A stretch of DNA of 64,000 nucleotides from a virus (Duplodnaviria; Caudoviricetes): positions 32,001 through 96,000 of the IMG/VR virus record IMGVR_UViG_3300049472_000168. One strand, 5' to 3'. The notes beneath the pieces are model-generated. The model searched no databases, had not been told where the DNA came from, and worked only from the letters and a program-made list of their open reading frames with translations. A program made the translations under genes and the position numbers. Of this stretch, positions 28,967 through 40,883 are shown piece by piece; within the stretch, counting starts at the first letter, position 1; each line of letters opens with the position of its first letter.

Positions 28967-29527
28967 GTGAATCGTATCTTCGTTTGTAGCCAGCTCAGAG
29001 GAAGTCCTGCTAACCCAGGATATGCCGAAAAATATTGCAGGTATGTTGTCGAGAAAGGCGGAGCCGCTTTTGCCCCTCACCTGTTGTATCCTAGGTTCCT
29101 GGATGATTCCGATGCAGACCACAGAGCCAAGGGGATAGCGGCCGGAATCAGCTTTCTCTCGGTTTGCGACGAGGTCTGGGTATTTGTCAGGAATCGGACG
29201 ATTTCTGATGGAATGCAGCAGGAGATTGATATCGCAATTATGCAGGGGATTCCGATCAGATGGTTTGCTGTTGAGGGCGATGTAATCGCAGAACTCAAAC
29301 ATCTGCCTCCAGACGAGGTCCCCGAGGCCCAGATGTTGGCATTTCCTCAACAGTTCTCTGACCTGACCCAGAAGACCTTTGCGTCTATGGTGGCAAAGCT
29401 GAAGGCTGGTGATATCTTTTACGAGGACCTCGAAGACGAACTGGACCAAGTCTTAGGTACGATGAAAACAAGAGACAAAGACCTAGAAGAGGAATGGACA
29501 AATGGAAGAACTCCTGATATTGACTGA
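28967..29527 (+). CDS. DUF4406/nucleoside-deoxyribosyltransferase-like protein
   Basis: IFVCS..APHLLYPRFLDD..CDEVWVF..ISDGMQQEI..GIPI. Confidence 0.7.
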   Translation: MNRIFVCSQLRGSPANPGYAEKYCRYVVEKGGAAFAPHLLYPRFLDDSDADHRAKGIAAGISFLSVCDEVWVFVRNRTISDGMQQEIDIAIMQGIPIRWFAVEGDVIAELKHLPPDEVPEAQMLAFPQQFSDLTQKTFASMVAKLKAGDIFYEDLEDELDQVLGTMKTRDKDLEEEWTNGRTPDID

Positions 29528-29780
29528 AACCTGTAAATCGGCTGGAATCTCAGGAACCAGTCTTACCGATGCCAGACTGAACCTTGTTCTCGATAAAATA
29601 GAACAGAACCTGGCCTCAGAGGCTGTAGAGATTCTGTCAGCTATCGGACTCGAAGAGATCAAGGGAGCCTCCTACCGTATGCTGTATCTGGTGTCTGAGG
29701 CTCTCCTGGACTCTGGGATCGTGTCGGATTCCGGGGTTGATCTGACTCAGATCTATGGGGTGAACGGTGTCAATAATTGA
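29502..29780 (+). CDS. hypothetical protein
   Basis: overlapping operon ORF. Confidence 0.5.
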   Translation: MEELLILTETCKSAGISGTSLTDARLNLVLDKIEQNLASEAVEILSAIGLEEIKGASYRMLYLVSEALLDSGIVSDSGVDLTQIYGVNGVNN

Positions 29781-30030
29781 AGAGGAACAGATGAAGTACA
29801 AAATCAAAGACTGGCTCAGTATCTACACCTTGATGTCATTTTGCTGTGTGGTCGGAGGTACCTTTAATCTGGCCTTTCTACTAGAACTCTGGCGAATGAT
29901 TGATGGTCCCTCCGCATTTGTTATTGCAGGGGCTGCTGTCGTATTTTTTCTAGCCGGATTCCTCAATTTTAAATCAGCAGAACTCCTAGCACAGGCTAAC
30001 AGATGTGCTAGGTCCTGGCCTGGATATTAG
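29767..30030 (+). CDS. small two-TM membrane protein
   Basis: two hydrophobic segments. Confidence 0.5.
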   Translation: MSIIEEEQMKYKIKDWLSIYTLMSFCCVVGGTFNLAFLLELWRMIDGPSAFVIAGAAVVFFLAGFLNFKSAELLAQANRCARSWPGY

Positions 30031-30064
30031 GATTCGTCCTAATCTTTAGGTCCGGAGGCCTCCA

Positions 30065-30472
30065 TTGATTACTGCTAGGATTCTGGATTCTGTTCTTTCT
30101 GTAAATAGCTACGACCCTGTCGTTGCCAAATCGGCAACTTCTGGGGATGCCTTCGATGTCTACTTCCAGCTCGTTGACAATTCCAAACACAAGGCCACTC
30201 ACGGCTACTATCCAGAAGGTCTCAGGTATATCCCAGCCACTGGGGCCAGTGTCGAGGTCACGGTTCTGAATCTTGACTCGTCTCGTCAATTTGTAAGGGC
30301 GGCGACGCAACCATTTTCCCAGGATGCTTCGATCTGGAAGATCAGTATTCTCTCCACAGACCCTGTGGCCGGTACCGTCAGCCTCAAAATCAAACTGACC
30401 GAATCTGGCCAGACCAAGACTTTTATCCTGAACGGTGCGTTAAGGCTGGATGGTATCCAGGAGACCTGCTAA
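30065..30472 (+). CDS. putative virion protein
   Basis: AATCTT at 30041, GGAGG at 30054, TTG start; beta-rich. Confidence 0.55.
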   Translation: MITARILDSVLSVNSYDPVVAKSATSGDAFDVYFQLVDNSKHKATHGYYPEGLRYIPATGASVEVTVLNLDSSRQFVRAATQPFSQDASIWKISILSTDPVAGTVSLKIKLTESGQTKTFILNGALRLDGIQETC

Positions 30473-31315
30473 ATGGGAGACTACTCCAAAACAAAATCAG
30501 GGCTAGGAGCCCAGATTCCTGATGGAGCCGTTGAGACCTCCTGGGATGACTGCGGCCCTCTGATTACCCCAGAGGAAGTCCGCAGGATTCATCTCTGGGG
30601 CATCCCCTTGGTTTCTGCTATCAAAAATCCGATGACGGGTAAGGCCGATGTCATGGATGACGGCCTGTTGAGTCGTTTTATTGAGGAAGCCGTGTCTCTG
30701 GCTGAGATGGAGGCCCATATCGAGATCTTTCCTAGGATCCACGACGAGCGTCATCCCTATGACCAGAAGGCGATGGATAGTTTCGGTTACATGGTTGTGA
30801 GACATCGCCCTGTCCAGTCTATCGAAAAGCTTAGCATCACGTCGTCCGACAACGTCCATATCTGGGATGTTCCTCTGGCCTGGGTCGATACCGGATATCT
30901 ACATCAGGGTCAAATCCAAATGATGCCTTTTGCTGTTGGTACCCAAAGTGGTGGTACGATCCCAATTATCTCTCCTACGGGCCAAGGCCTGTTGCCGTCT
31001 CTGTTCCGATTTAATTGGGTCCCTGGACTCTGGAATGTCAGCTATACCACGGGATTCAGGAATGGGTCGATTCCTAAGATCGTGAATCATTTGATCGGGG
31101 TCGTCGCCGCCATGGAAACGCTATCCATGCTGGCTACAACCTATGCCAGGTCTCAGTCCAGCTCTCTGGGTATTGATGGTCTCTCTCAGTCCATTTCGAC
31201 TCCTGGACCCCAGCTATTCGACACCCGCCTAGGTGTCCTGGCTGAGAAGCGTAAATGGTTGATCAGAAAAATCCAGAGGACCTGTGGTCTAGGATTCTGG
31301 TCGGATAACGTCTAA
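30473..31315 (+). CDS. head-tail adaptor/neck protein
   Basis: [31 protein letters not shown] resemble herellevirus-type neck proteins. Confidence 0.65.
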   Translation: MGDYSKTKSGLGAQIPDGAVETSWDDCGPLITPEEVRRIHLWGIPLVSAIKNPMTGKADVMDDGLLSRFIEEAVSLAEMEAHIEIFPRIHDERHPYDQKAMDSFGYMVVRHRPVQSIEKLSITSSDNVHIWDVPLAWVDTGYLHQGQIQMMPFAVGTQSGGTIPIISPTGQGLLPSLFRFNWVPGLWNVSYTTGFRNGSIPKIVNHLIGVVAAMETLSMLATTYARSQSSSLGIDGLSQSISTPGPQLFDTRLGVLAEKRKWLIRKIQRTCGLGFWSDNV

Positions 31316-31316
31316 G

Positions 31317-34300
31317 ATGCGAGAAGTAGCTCTAATCCAGGTCCACGACTCCAAGGGTCGTTTGCTACTCGGCAAGAGGCGAGATGTAGGCAAGTGGACT
31401 TTGCCGGGTGGCCACATGGAGCCAGGAGAAACCCCGGAGCAAGGTGCTAGAAGGGAACTCAAAGAGGAAACTGGGCTAACCCCAGAGTCTTTGACCTTTC
31501 ATCGTACTGTTCAAGGTAACGACGTAATTCTGCACTGTTTCACTGCGCTATGCTTCGGAACTCCTAGTTCCCATCTAGATCCTGATCAAGAGGTATCGAA
31601 GTGGGAATGGATCGATATTGGTGATGGCATCCCGGTTAAGATCTGGGACAACCTCCACGGCCCCAAAGGTGACGAGAACGTCGTCAGACAGATGTTTGAG
31701 GCCGAAGATCTACATAAGGCTGAGCCCGGTGTCTGGTGGCACGGCACCCCTAGTGGAGAACTAGTGGGGTCCCACTACGGGCTACATGTAGGAACCCAAG
31801 AAGCAGCACGCCAAGCTCTAACTGCCAAAATAGGGCACCCTGTTGAAGGCAGTTGGGATGGCACCAGGACACATAAGGATACCCTTCTAGCCGGTCAAAA
31901 TACATTAAAAGCTAGAGGAATCTTCCCGACTGGATATAACTGTCGTGCTCCTGACTTCGATTTTTATTCACATCAGCATCCCGAAGGTGCTCCGACTTTT
32001 TCAGATGGTACCCCTATCCTAGATCACCACAAACCAGACATCTTCCCTGTTGAAATCACAGGACCCATGACAAACAGGCCACATACGCCTCATGAGGATT
32101 TCAGGGCAAATGGATACATGAAAGCAGCGGTAAAGAAGGGCAATCCCAAGAGGGGATACTACTATCGTAATGTCGGCGAAGACTCAGGCTCTATTTCTGC
32201 TGTGGTTCCTCCTGGTGGGGCCCATCTTAGAAGGCTAGATAGATCCCTGAGCAAGGCCGAATCTAAACCCAAAACACCCAAAATCCCGAAACCTCCGGAA
32301 CTTGTCGTTACCCACAATCTGAGCGAAGACAAACTAAAACATGCCTCTGAGATAGGTGGTTTGATTGCTCCGTCTATTGCGATCCACCACAAAGAATACG
32401 GCCACGACGGATTTGGAGAAATCTCCTTAATCGCTCCTCCCCATGTCGTAGACCCCAAGACAACCCCTGTTTTTGATGCCGATATCTATAGTCCACGACA
32501 TCCTAGAGTTTTTCATAGTCTGAAGCCTAAGGAAGCCAAGGAATTCCTGACCTGGATCCGCCCCCACCAAAAAGAAGTCTCTAAGCATTACGCCAGCTTC
32601 GATTCATTCGGCATCCACTTTAATTCGGACCAGATAAGCAAAGGCTTCGAGGATGGCCTGAGGCATAGCTTCCTTTCCGAGAAGGCTCCCGAAGTACTTA
32701 GCAAAATTAAGGAGTCCGCAAAACCAACAACCATCGGGACGTATGAATACGACACCGACTGGGGAGCAATTCGGTATGGTATTCGCCAGCACATCGAGGA
32801 TAGCGGACTCAAACCAGAATACGAGAAATATGCCAAAGAAAAAATAGCCCCAATACTGGGTGACAGATACTTCCTCAAGAACGGGAAGAAGAAGCCCTAT
32901 ACCACGGAAAATGTTCTCAAAGAACTAACTTCTACGATAAGAAACGGCGAAGGCGGCATGTCTGGAGGCATGGGTCAGATCAGAGCTGCAGGGGCCAAGA
33001 AGTTCCGTTCCTTTGATCAACTCAAAGGCCATCAGGACAAATTGGGCAGGTATGGGGACAGCAATTTTCCATCCGAGATAGTTTCTGGGGACGGTAGACA
33101 GGTTAAATCCGTCAAATCTGCTAATTCAAAGAACTTCGAGGATATCTCTGATGCCCTGAAAACCGCCAATGATTCTGGATTTTCGACATGGGGCAGTTTA
33201 GACCAAACCTCTGATGTCATCAAACATCTGTATAAAACAAAAAATATCGATTCCGCCCTCAGAGCTGGAGGATTCAATCCAGAAAAGGTCAGTGCCGAGA
33301 CCAAAGCTAAGATCAGACAGTTAGCAGCAGACCTCGTAATGAGCCCTACCGAATACTTCGAGGCGAAACCTCAACGAGTCGTCGGAATCAATGAATTCAA
33401 AGCCGCCGCTATCCCTCATAACGCATCTCCTGATGTTGTGGGGCTCCTCAATCGTCATGGTATCCGACACATCGAGAGATACCAAAAGGACGACCCCATA
33501 GACCGAAAAAGGGCTGTACAGAGGGCGGCTGAGGCCAATGACTTGATGCTATCAGAGGATGACTTCTGGGAAGCTCTAGAATTTGAAGAACTCAAGAAAT
33601 CAAGAGATTCCGAGGTCCAGTCACTACTTAGACATCCGGACCCCGTAGAACGAAGTCTTGCCCTCAAGTTAGATAGCTGTAGTTCTCATGATATCCTGGA
33701 GGCTTCGCTAGACCCTCATCCGGATGTCTGGGCAGAGGCTCTGAATCATCCCGAAGCCAAACATGCTAGATCTGTTTTGTTGGCCTCTGCCAGGGCCCAT
33801 GACGGTACCGACCTCTGGGACCGACATCTTCACATCCTGAGCAATCCTGACCTCCCCGCAGCTCACGTCCATAAGCTGTACGACACCGTTCTGGGCGATA
33901 ACTCCCTGGAACCAGATATCAGGGCATCTCGACTCTACCAGATTTCGAGGCATCCTAGCTTTGGTGATGTCGAGATTCCCGAAGACCTCCACAAAGCTGA
34001 ATATCTGCTACCAGACCTCCACGGCGATGTCAATGAGCCTACTAGACCAGAGCTGGAGCCGCTAAAGGCTGCGTTTGGTACAGCTAAAACTGACAGGACA
34101 CCCAGTAGTAAGCAAATTACAAAGACCGGTGTCGAATCTGGAAAGAAGGTCGTCAACATCACGACCCCAGATGGGCCCCAGAGGCTACTGCTGAAGCCCT
34201 ATAAGACACTTTATAACACGGGTTGGCAGGAATTAAATTCCCAAGCTCTATATCACGCCGCTGGGATCGGAGACCTCCATCAAAAATCCTTCGTTACCCA

Positions 34301-37300
34301 TTACGAAGGCGAGCCCCATGTCGCAGTTCTGATTGAGCCCGGACATACTGCTGGATCTATGAATGATCTGATGCCTGGCCCAAAAACCAGAGCAGACGCA
34401 TCTGTGAGGAAGGCCTATGCCTGGGATCTGATTAAGCCACATCTTGGAGATGTCTCGAAGATCCATGTCATGGATTATATCCAGGACAACATCGACAGAC
34501 ATGATGAAAACCTACTGATTAGACCCGATGGCAGGCCTCTAGCCATAGATAATTCGGGGTCGGAAATACTCTGGGATCAACCTCATCATGGCTTCGAGTA
34601 CTTCTCCAGGAACCAAGGCAATTCCTTGACAGATGGAAGACTTGACGATCACATTGACACAATCAAATCGTGGTGGCCTCAGGTCGGACCCAAAATCCGA
34701 AGGGCCCTTTCCGATAGACTGAGGGACCTGCCTGAGGACAGAAGGAATTCTGTTATCAAACATTTTGGGGTCAGATTAAATCACCTCGACGACATCGCCA
34801 GTGGCAAGCTCCAGAAAGCCATCAAAGGCGCTGACCACCTCAAGGGTCCTGCCGCTGCGGTATCGGACGCCCTAGAAGACAAGCAATACAAGACGACGAA
34901 AGCGATTTCACCTCTGGACCTGTCATATTTTGCGGGTCAGGCCAAATTAGCAGAAAACAGAAACCATAGGATAGAATCATTCGAGGAACTCAACACAGCT
35001 CCTCATGATATTCAGCCAGAATCCCATACTCTAGACGGCATCGAGCCCAAAACGGTATACAGGAATCCTCAGACCCAGTCTCGGCACATGGTGAAGTCGG
35101 CACATTCTCCATTTTTGATGGGAGTGTTTCGCCAGATCCCTACATTCGAGGATTCCGAAGGATTCAAGCAAAACAAAGACTATTTCTACGAGGCCAATCT
35201 AAATTCTGGATGGTCAGAGGCCACGACTCAGGAATTGTATAAGGCAGGAGGGATTTCTGGTCTCTGCCAGTCGTCTCATATCGCTGATGTCGGAGGAAAA
35301 CCAGCACTAGTCATCCATATGGCTCATCACAGCTATGAGCCTATAGCTGATGTCCCGGCTACGGCAATAAATTCTTCGGTTGGTAATCCGGAGGGTGCCG
35401 AAGCATTTCGCCGGATTGGGTGGATGGATCGGCTGACCTTCAACTCAGACCGCCACGCCGGAAATCTCATGTTGAGCCGCAGCGGTGGCAGGCCTCTGGC
35501 CATAGATCACGGCAGATCTTTTTATGTCCCACACAGAGCAACACATGACGGGACCAAAACAGAAGATGTCGGACCTTTTCGTGCCAGTAAAAGTGAAGCC
35601 GAAAAATGGGGAAGACATTCGGCTCAGGTTCTTGGAGATAATTCCAGAGGATATCCAGACAAATTCTGGTGGGATTCGACCAAAGATGCAATGAAGGCTA
35701 GGTTTCATGAAATCGTCGATGCCACTGCTGGAGAGCATAGAGATACCTATATTAGCCATTTCGACCACAACCTAAGTCTGATGGATGCTGAGATTCAGGC
35801 CCATTATGCCAAGGAAAAAGAGAAAGCCGAGGCCTATGCCAGGGCTAAGCCTCAACGAGATGCTGAGAACGATGCGCTATTTGCGGAGTTAAATAAATCA
35901 GATTCTGGAACCGCTATGGCCCAGAACTTGGCTCGGCTCATCTCTGGACGGACTCGATCTGTAGAAAACAAACAGGCCTACGATATTCTTTCTGATCCCA
36001 AGCATACCGATGAAGTGATAGAGGCCATTAAGTCCAGGCCCGCTTTGGCTACAGATATCCTAGACCTAGGAGCTGAGGTCGGTGGATATAGAGATCTATT
36101 GAAGAGGATGCCCGATCCTGTAGTCAATGCTGTAGCTGATCATATCGATAAAGACCATCCCAACTCTAGTGTTTTCCTATACCAAATGGCGAGGCAGGGG
36201 GTTCTTAGTAGACTGACTCCAGATGTGTTGTCCCGGTACATATCCCATCCCAAGGCTGGGCCGGAAATGATGTCTGCGGTAAATGGAGCAAAAAACTCCG
36301 GATTCGACGGATCAAAGGTTTCAGAGAAGGACTGGGAGAACTATCTCAAATCTCCGACTACAACTGGTTCTCCTAATAATGCCTCTAAGGTATATAGGTT
36401 AAGAGTCCTTCATGAACTGGGAGGAAACGTATCTGATTCCGCTATCTCTAATGTTGTAGCGGAAATAAATCAAGACCTAGGCCCCTCTGCTCGCCAGAAT
36501 ATTTACAATAATATAGCAGCATACTCCAGAATTCCGGATTCGGTCTGGCCCGAAATGGTCGAAAACGCCCCCGGTGCCCTGCTACAAAATCCGAGACACC
36601 AAAACAATACCCCAGAACAAGACGCAGCCATTCTTAGGTCTGCTGTGGTGAAAAGGCAGTCTACTGAGATAGATGAAAACGACGCCCTTCGATATCCACA
36701 TGGCGAAATCAAAGGTAGGATAGAGAGAGCCTTCCTGAATTCAAGCCATTTGTTTGGGCAAGAGGAAAAGGCTAATCTGAATCAACTATTCAGAATGCAT
36801 CGGCTCGACCCCGATACCTTTAAACACCCAGACCTAAGCACCCAGGATGATATTCGATTAAGAGGAGGAAAGAAACACGGTGCTATTGACGTAAGAACTA
36901 ATACAATGAGACTTCGTCGTCTCAGAGACCACATCCTTCAGACCGGTAAAACAGAACTGAGCCCGAAGCACTTTACCCCAGACCTCAAGCCGCTACTTGA
37001 ACAGATTCCTTTTGCTAGGACTAAGTCTGGAGACATCTCGGCTGACCTAATACAGAAAGCGATTGACTCCACGCCTTCAACAAAATTCAATTGGGGCACG
37101 TCTGAATGGGATGGTGTCCAGAGACATAGTGTAGATCCATCTCACGTCTTCCAGCTCGATGTCTCCACAGATCACATCAAAAAAATGCACGAAGCCGGGG
37201 TTCTGGATTCTTTTTGGAAAAGACAAAAGATATCAGAAACCCATCCCATAAATACTCACACTGTGGGATGGGTCAGATATACCGGAAGACTTCCTATTCC

Positions 37301-37820
37301 TGCCTATCATGATCCCGGCAGTATCTTTATTGACGAGATCCAGAGCGATCACGCCGTACCTTATGTGAAGCAAATCGAATCCGAGACTCGTAGAGAATAT
37401 CCAGACGATCCAGCAGCAGTTGCTTACGCAGTAGACCGGGCCCAAAAACACTTACCCCTAGAACACCAGAAAAAGATCAACGAAATTATATTCGGTAGTG
37501 TTCATCCCAACAAGGTAGTAGCTGAGGCATTCTTGCAACATCTCAGAAACCTGGGAGATGGCAACACCTCAATCAGAACCCATACCGTGGAGTCTAAACT
37601 GCCGATTTCATTTAGCCACAAAGACGACAGCGACCGACCTACCCCACAGACGGCTCCTGTTCACTTCAAGGATACCTACGAAAAGATGCCCAAGGAATGG
37701 GGCATGAAACCGGCAACCTATGGAGATTCTCCAAGGATCCATAATACCGAGACCGGACCAGAAATGAAAGGCAAGCCGATTCAGGCCGGGGTGGTCCGCA
37801 AGACGGAAGACGTTGAATAG
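31317..37820 (+). CDS. large polyvalent protein: Nudix + ART-like + polyvalent domain + helical repeats + 2 PI3/4K/HipA-like kinases + DEIQSD domain
   Basis: intact Nudix box [24 protein letters not shown]; [18 protein letters not shown]; HNL..PSIA..YFEAKP; DRHDEN..IDN; DRHAGN..IDHG. Confidence 0.8.
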   Translation: MREVALIQVHDSKGRLLLGKRRDVGKWTLPGGHMEPGETPEQGARRELKEETGLTPESLTFHRTVQGNDVILHCFTALCFGTPSSHLDPDQEVSKWEWIDIGDGIPVKIWDNLHGPKGDENVVRQMFEAEDLHKAEPGVWWHGTPSGELVGSHYGLHVGTQEAARQALTAKIGHPVEGSWDGTRTHKDTLLAGQNTLKARGIFPTGYNCRAPDFDFYSHQHPEGAPTFSDGTPILDHHKPDIFPVEITGPMTNRPHTPHEDFRANGYMKAAVKKGNPKRGYYYRNVGEDSGSISAVVPPGGAHLRRLDRSLSKAESKPKTPKIPKPPELVVTHNLSEDKLKHASEIGGLIAPSIAIHHKEYGHDGFGEISLIAPPHVVDPKTTPVFDADIYSPRHPRVFHSLKPKEAKEFLTWIRPHQKEVSKHYASFDSFGIHFNSDQISKGFEDGLRHSFLSEKAPEVLSKIKESAKPTTIGTYEYDTDWGAIRYGIRQHIEDSGLKPEYEKYAKEKIAPILGDRYFLKNGKKKPYTTENVLKELTSTIRNGEGGMSGGMGQIRAAGAKKFRSFDQLKGHQDKLGRYGDSNFPSEIVSGDGRQVKSVKSANSKNFEDISDALKTANDSGFSTWGSLDQTSDVIKHLYKTKNIDSALRAGGFNPEKVSAETKAKIRQLAADLVMSPTEYFEAKPQRVVGINEFKAAAIPHNASPDVVGLLNRHGIRHIERYQKDDPIDRKRAVQRAAEANDLMLSEDDFWEALEFEELKKSRDSEVQSLLRHPDPVERSLALKLDSCSSHDILEASLDPHPDVWAEALNHPEAKHARSVLLASARAHDGTDLWDRHLHILSNPDLPAAHVHKLYDTVLGDNSLEPDIRASRLYQISRHPSFGDVEIPEDLHKAEYLLPDLHGDVNEPTRPELEPLKAAFGTAKTDRTPSSKQITKTGVESGKKVVNITTPDGPQRLLLKPYKTLYNTGWQELNSQALYHAAGIGDLHQKSFVTHYEGEPHVAVLIEPGHTAGSMNDLMPGPKTRADASVRKAYAWDLIKPHLGDVSKIHVMDYIQDNIDRHDENLLIRPDGRPLAIDNSGSEILWDQPHHGFEYFSRNQGNSLTDGRLDDHIDTIKSWWPQVGPKIRRALSDRLRDLPEDRRNSVIKHFGVRLNHLDDIASGKLQKAIKGADHLKGPAAAVSDALEDKQYKTTKAISPLDLSYFAGQAKLAENRNHRIESFEELNTAPHDIQPESHTLDGIEPKTVYRNPQTQSRHMVKSAHSPFLMGVFRQIPTFEDSEGFKQNKDYFYEANLNSGWSEATTQELYKAGGISGLCQSSHIADVGGKPALVIHMAHHSYEPIADVPATAINSSVGNPEGAEAFRRIGWMDRLTFNSDRHAGNLMLSRSGGRPLAIDHGRSFYVPHRATHDGTKTEDVGPFRASKSEAEKWGRHSAQVLGDNSRGYPDKFWWDSTKDAMKARFHEIVDATAGEHRDTYISHFDHNLSLMDAEIQAHYAKEKEKAEAYARAKPQRDAENDALFAELNKSDSGTAMAQNLARLISGRTRSVENKQAYDILSDPKHTDEVIEAIKSRPALATDILDLGAEVGGYRDLLKRMPDPVVNAVADHIDKDHPNSSVFLYQMARQGVLSRLTPDVLSRYISHPKAGPEMMSAVNGAKNSGFDGSKVSEKDWENYLKSPTTTGSPNNASKVYRLRVLHELGGNVSDSAISNVVAEINQDLGPSARQNIYNNIAAYSRIPDSVWPEMVENAPGALLQNPRHQNNTPEQDAAILRSAVVKRQSTEIDENDALRYPHGEIKGRIERAFLNSSHLFGQEEKANLNQLFRMHRLDPDTFKHPDLSTQDDIRLRGGKKHGAIDVRTNTMRLRRLRDHILQTGKTELSPKHFTPDLKPLLEQIPFARTKSGDISADLIQKAIDSTPSTKFNWGTSEWDGVQRHSVDPSHVFQLDVSTDHIKKMHEAGVLDSFWKRQKISETHPINTHTVGWVRYTGRLPIPAYHDPGSIFIDEIQSDHAVPYVKQIESETRREYPDDPAAVAYAVDRAQKHLPLEHQKKINEIIFGSVHPNKVVAEAFLQHLRNLGDGNTSIRTHTVESKLPISFSHKDDSDRPTPQTAPVHFKDTYEKMPKEWGMKPATYGDSPRIHNTETGPEMKGKPIQAGVVRKTEDVE

Positions 37821-37840
37821 ACCAACAGACCTGGTATAAT
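37813..37840 (+). promoter_or_regulatory. sigma70-like promoter, extended -10 TGGTATAAT
   Basis: TTGAAT-N16-TATAAT, 6 nt before ATG 37847. Confidence 0.65.
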
Positions 37841-37846
37841 AAAACT

Positions 37847-38047
37847 ATGCAAGTCACAATCACACACCTTCACAACTCTGCGGTCGAAAACTTCAGGGGT
37901 GAGCCAAACCAAATCGGCCAGCAACTGTTGACACGGTTTCCATGGCTCTCCTACGACCCCTATAACCCGAATCACAGCCCCAGTAATTTCCCCGATATCA
38001 TTGCGAGACTAGCGGCTCAGCAGAATATCCATGTCAAAGTGATGTAA
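37847..38047 (+). CDS. small protein homologous to the N-terminal module of 38047-39345
   Basis: both read I.[HN]LH......F.G...........RFPWL. Confidence 0.65.
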   Translation: MQVTITHLHNSAVENFRGEPNQIGQQLLTRFPWLSYDPYNPNHSPSNFPDIIARLAAQQNIHVKVM

Positions 38048-39345
38048 TGCGTCTAGAGATCAAGAACCTCCATAGCGAGACCTCGCAAGTTTTCGAGGGC
38101 ACCGAATCTGAAGTCAAGCGAGACCTCTTCTACAGGTTTCCTTGGCTGGCGAAGAAATTTGGCCTTCACGCCTCTGTAGGTATTTTGATTCACTCCCTGA
38201 ATCAGACCCAAGCTGTTGAGGTCATAGAGGAACCCGGAGATATCGAGGTTTCTGATATCTCGAAATCTGAAGTCATCAAAGCGCATCTGGGCCATTCCGA
38301 CACGTTGGAATCCGCACTTAGAGCAGCGGCTTTTCTCAGTGGGAAGGCAATAAATCCCGAAGCCATCAGAGCGGCTAGAAACACCACAGACGATCCCCAC
38401 GAGGTTGCTCTGATTGCTGCTGGACTCGGTATCGACAAGTTGAAGGCCCTCAAGGCAGTAATGACCTGGGACGAAGCCAAGAAATCAGAGACCAAGCCCT
38501 ATAAACCAGAAAACGTCCAGGCCGTGACTCCGGCAGGTAAAGAATTTGCAGATGCCGTCAGGGCGGCTGCGGAGTCTGGGGATATTTCTGAGGTCGATTT
38601 AGGTGGAGTCCACAGCGGAGGAAGCCTCCTGGCCAAGACTCCGGAGAACTCCACGATTCTGCTGAAACCGGGTAAGGGTCAGAACTCTCAGAGAGGTGCT
38701 CAGGATTCTTCGGGATCCCAGCCAAAGAGGGAATCTGCATTTTATGCGGCTTCCAAGATTTTAGGAATCCAGGATTTCATCCCGGAAACCCATCTTCTCC
38801 TGATCGATGGCGTCGAGTATTCAGCCATCCAGTTGCTGCCCTGGGACTTCCACGACATGAACGAGATGAAGGCAAAGGACCCCAGCGGTCCCAGGAGACT
38901 GCTTTCGCTCTACCTCAGCAGAGGAGACCTCCACAAATGGGCAGCAGCGGACTACATCTTGGGCAACCCAGATCGTAATGCTGGGAACATCATGATCAGA
39001 GGAGATATCCTCAATCTGATTGACCACGGCTCAGCTTTTGATGGAGAAAACTTCGACCCCGTCCATGATAACAAGAGCTTTGTCCCATATTACCTCAGAG
39101 TCTTTGTACCGAACTGGGCAGATCTCGACCAGGAATCGAGGTTTAAGGCGGCTCCACGAGTTTCTACAGAGATGGCAGCGGAACTGGGGGCCTGGGTCCA
39201 GTCCATCGATACCGATGCCTTAGCTCATGAGATATCGAGATACGGCATCGACCCGACCCCAGCCGTTATCAGACTTCAGAGATTGAAGGAAATCTGCTAC
39301 ACCATGGCCCCAGACCTAGCGATCAATTCGCTTTGGACTCTTTAG
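38047..39345 (+). CDS. PI3/4-kinase/HipA-like kinase
   Basis: LLKP, RESAFY, DYILGNPDRNAGNIM, LIDHG. Confidence 0.8.
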   Translation: MRLEIKNLHSETSQVFEGTESEVKRDLFYRFPWLAKKFGLHASVGILIHSLNQTQAVEVIEEPGDIEVSDISKSEVIKAHLGHSDTLESALRAAAFLSGKAINPEAIRAARNTTDDPHEVALIAAGLGIDKLKALKAVMTWDEAKKSETKPYKPENVQAVTPAGKEFADAVRAAAESGDISEVDLGGVHSGGSLLAKTPENSTILLKPGKGQNSQRGAQDSSGSQPKRESAFYAASKILGIQDFIPETHLLLIDGVEYSAIQLLPWDFHDMNEMKAKDPSGPRRLLSLYLSRGDLHKWAAADYILGNPDRNAGNIMIRGDILNLIDHGSAFDGENFDPVHDNKSFVPYYLRVFVPNWADLDQESRFKAAPRVSTEMAAELGAWVQSIDTDALAHEISRYGIDPTPAVIRLQRLKEICYTMAPDLAINSLWTL

Positions 39346-39898
39346 CTATCTTGGTGTAGTCTGTCTTCTTTTTGGACGCATGACAAGTCTTCATGCATTT
39401 CTCAGCATGTAGCCTGGCTCTGATCGCGGTTATTTTCTTCCGAGTCGATACGACTTTATGGGCATACCCCGAGACCTCTTTCTTCTGGGCGACAAAACGA
39501 GTCGGCCCCTTGTTATAGGCCGTCAAAGCATGGGTCCACTTCCCAAACCTTTTATGGAGGTCGGCTAGGTATCGGGCCCCGATTCTGATGTTGTGCTCGA
39601 TTCGACCCGAATCGTAGTAACCCATACCAAGGGATGTAGCCACAGCTTTAGCGGTAATAGGATGGAGCTGGAGTAATCCGACGCAGGCCATATGGGATTT
39701 AGCCGAGACAGTATATCCTGATTCTACCTCAACAGTAGCTATCAGGAGGTCCTCTGGCACCCCGGATTCAACACTAGCAGTCGTTATTGCTGTAGCCAAC
39801 CTACGAACTTTACTGGACTCCATCTCAAATCCACCAGACTTGATAACAGCAGACAGGTCATGGGGCGATATCGCCAGGATCAGAGCTGCCCAGATCAT
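39323..39898 (-). CDS. SLT-family lytic transglycosylase
   Basis: VESGY catalytic Glu, GLLQL, NIRIGARYL, AYNKG; hydrophobic N-terminus. Confidence 0.88.
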   Translation of the reverse strand: MIWAALILAISPHDLSAVIKSGGFEMESSKVRRLATAITTASVESGVPEDLLIATVEVESGYTVSAKSHMACVGLLQLHPITAKAVATSLGMGYYDSGRIEHNIRIGARYLADLHKRFGKWTHALTAYNKGPTRFVAQKKEVSGYAHKVVSTRKKITAIRARLHAEKCMKTCHASKKKTDYTKIAKESKAN

Positions 39899-40107
39899 TT
39901 GGACTCCATTCGGCTGGTGTCGAAGGGATTCTTCGGGAAGTATCCTTTGTCATTCCTGCTGACCAGCCAGTCCATGATTGGGATCGCGACATACTTATCA
40001 GCCCGAACCAATGTCGCCCTTTCTTTAGAGAAGGTTTCAAAAATGGCCTCGCCTGTACGTAGACTTACAACAACCCACGACGACGGATTTTTCCAAGGAT
40101 TCGACAT
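39895..40107 (-). CDS. hypothetical early protein (leaderless)
   Basis: TTGACA(40137-42)-N17-TATATT-6 nt-ATG. Confidence 0.65.
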   Translation of the reverse strand: MSNPWKNPSSWVVVSLRTGEAIFETFSKERATLVRADKYVAIPIMDWLVSRNDKGYFPKNPFDTSRMESK

Positions 40108-40121
40108 ACCTCAAATATAAA

Positions 40122-40883
40122 TTATTTGGGTCCAGTTGTCAAGTCTACGGGATCTACTTCTACACAGAATCCTGGATTGAAATGGATATTCTCCCCTTGG
40201 TATCCCGCAGGATTGCACACAACCATAGTCTTTCTAGCGATATAACTGAAGCTGTCGTGAGTATGGCCATGGGCCCAGTATGAGGCCTCCTGGAGTTCAA
40301 CGATATCTCTGATATCATGGAGGAAGTATCGATTCAGAGGATTTCCGAAATATCTCCGATGAATACTTCCGGGATGTGGCAGATGATGGGTGACGACAAA
40401 ATCCCCTTTCTTTACCGTCTCTTTGAGATAGGAGAAAGAGCCCTCAGCGACAGGATAGATCCAGGAGTAGATGTCCTTGATCTGAGAAAAATCGGAGAGA
40501 TTGAGGTCTCCGAATTCAGGATATGGCGCATGGCGAAACCACAGTGTACATCCTACAAACCTGATGCCTCCTAGTGTGACCGTTTCGTTCTCCAAGACAT
40601 GGAGCCAAGGGCATTTATCAGCCACGCCTCGGACCCTCCATAGGACACGGTCTCTGGTCTCGCCATAAAACTCGTGATTGCCCAAGACATAGACTATTTC
40701 TTTGCCTCTGAATCGATTACAGATGTCTTCTAGGATGTCTACCTTTGAACAGATGTCTCCTGCCATCACTAAGACATCAAAAGACCCCTCAGCGATGGAT
40801 TCTAGGACTGCCTTGTAGCTGAAGTAATCCAAAAACTCCAGATGGAGGTCTGATACTACTTTTACTCTCATCGATTTTCCCAT
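40122..40883 (-). CDS. calcineurin-like metallophosphoesterase
   Basis: SDLH, AGD, GNHE, THH, HGHTH. Confidence 0.9.
   Translation of the reverse strand: MGKSMRVKVVSDLHLEFLDYFSYKAVLESIAEGSFDVLVMAGDICSKVDILEDICNRFRGKEIVYVLGNHEFYGETRDRVLWRVRGVADKCPWLHVLENETVTLGGIRFVGCTLWFRHAPYPEFGDLNLSDFSQIKDIYSWIYPVAEGSFSYLKETVKKGDFVVTHHLPHPGSIHRRYFGNPLNRYFLHDIRDIVELQEASYWAHGHTHDSFSYIARKTMVVCNPAGYQGENIHFNPGFCVEVDPVDLTTGPK

Noticed and set aside
29767-30030. Holin call
   Set aside because: Two TM segments only and no adjacent lysin; insufficient evidence
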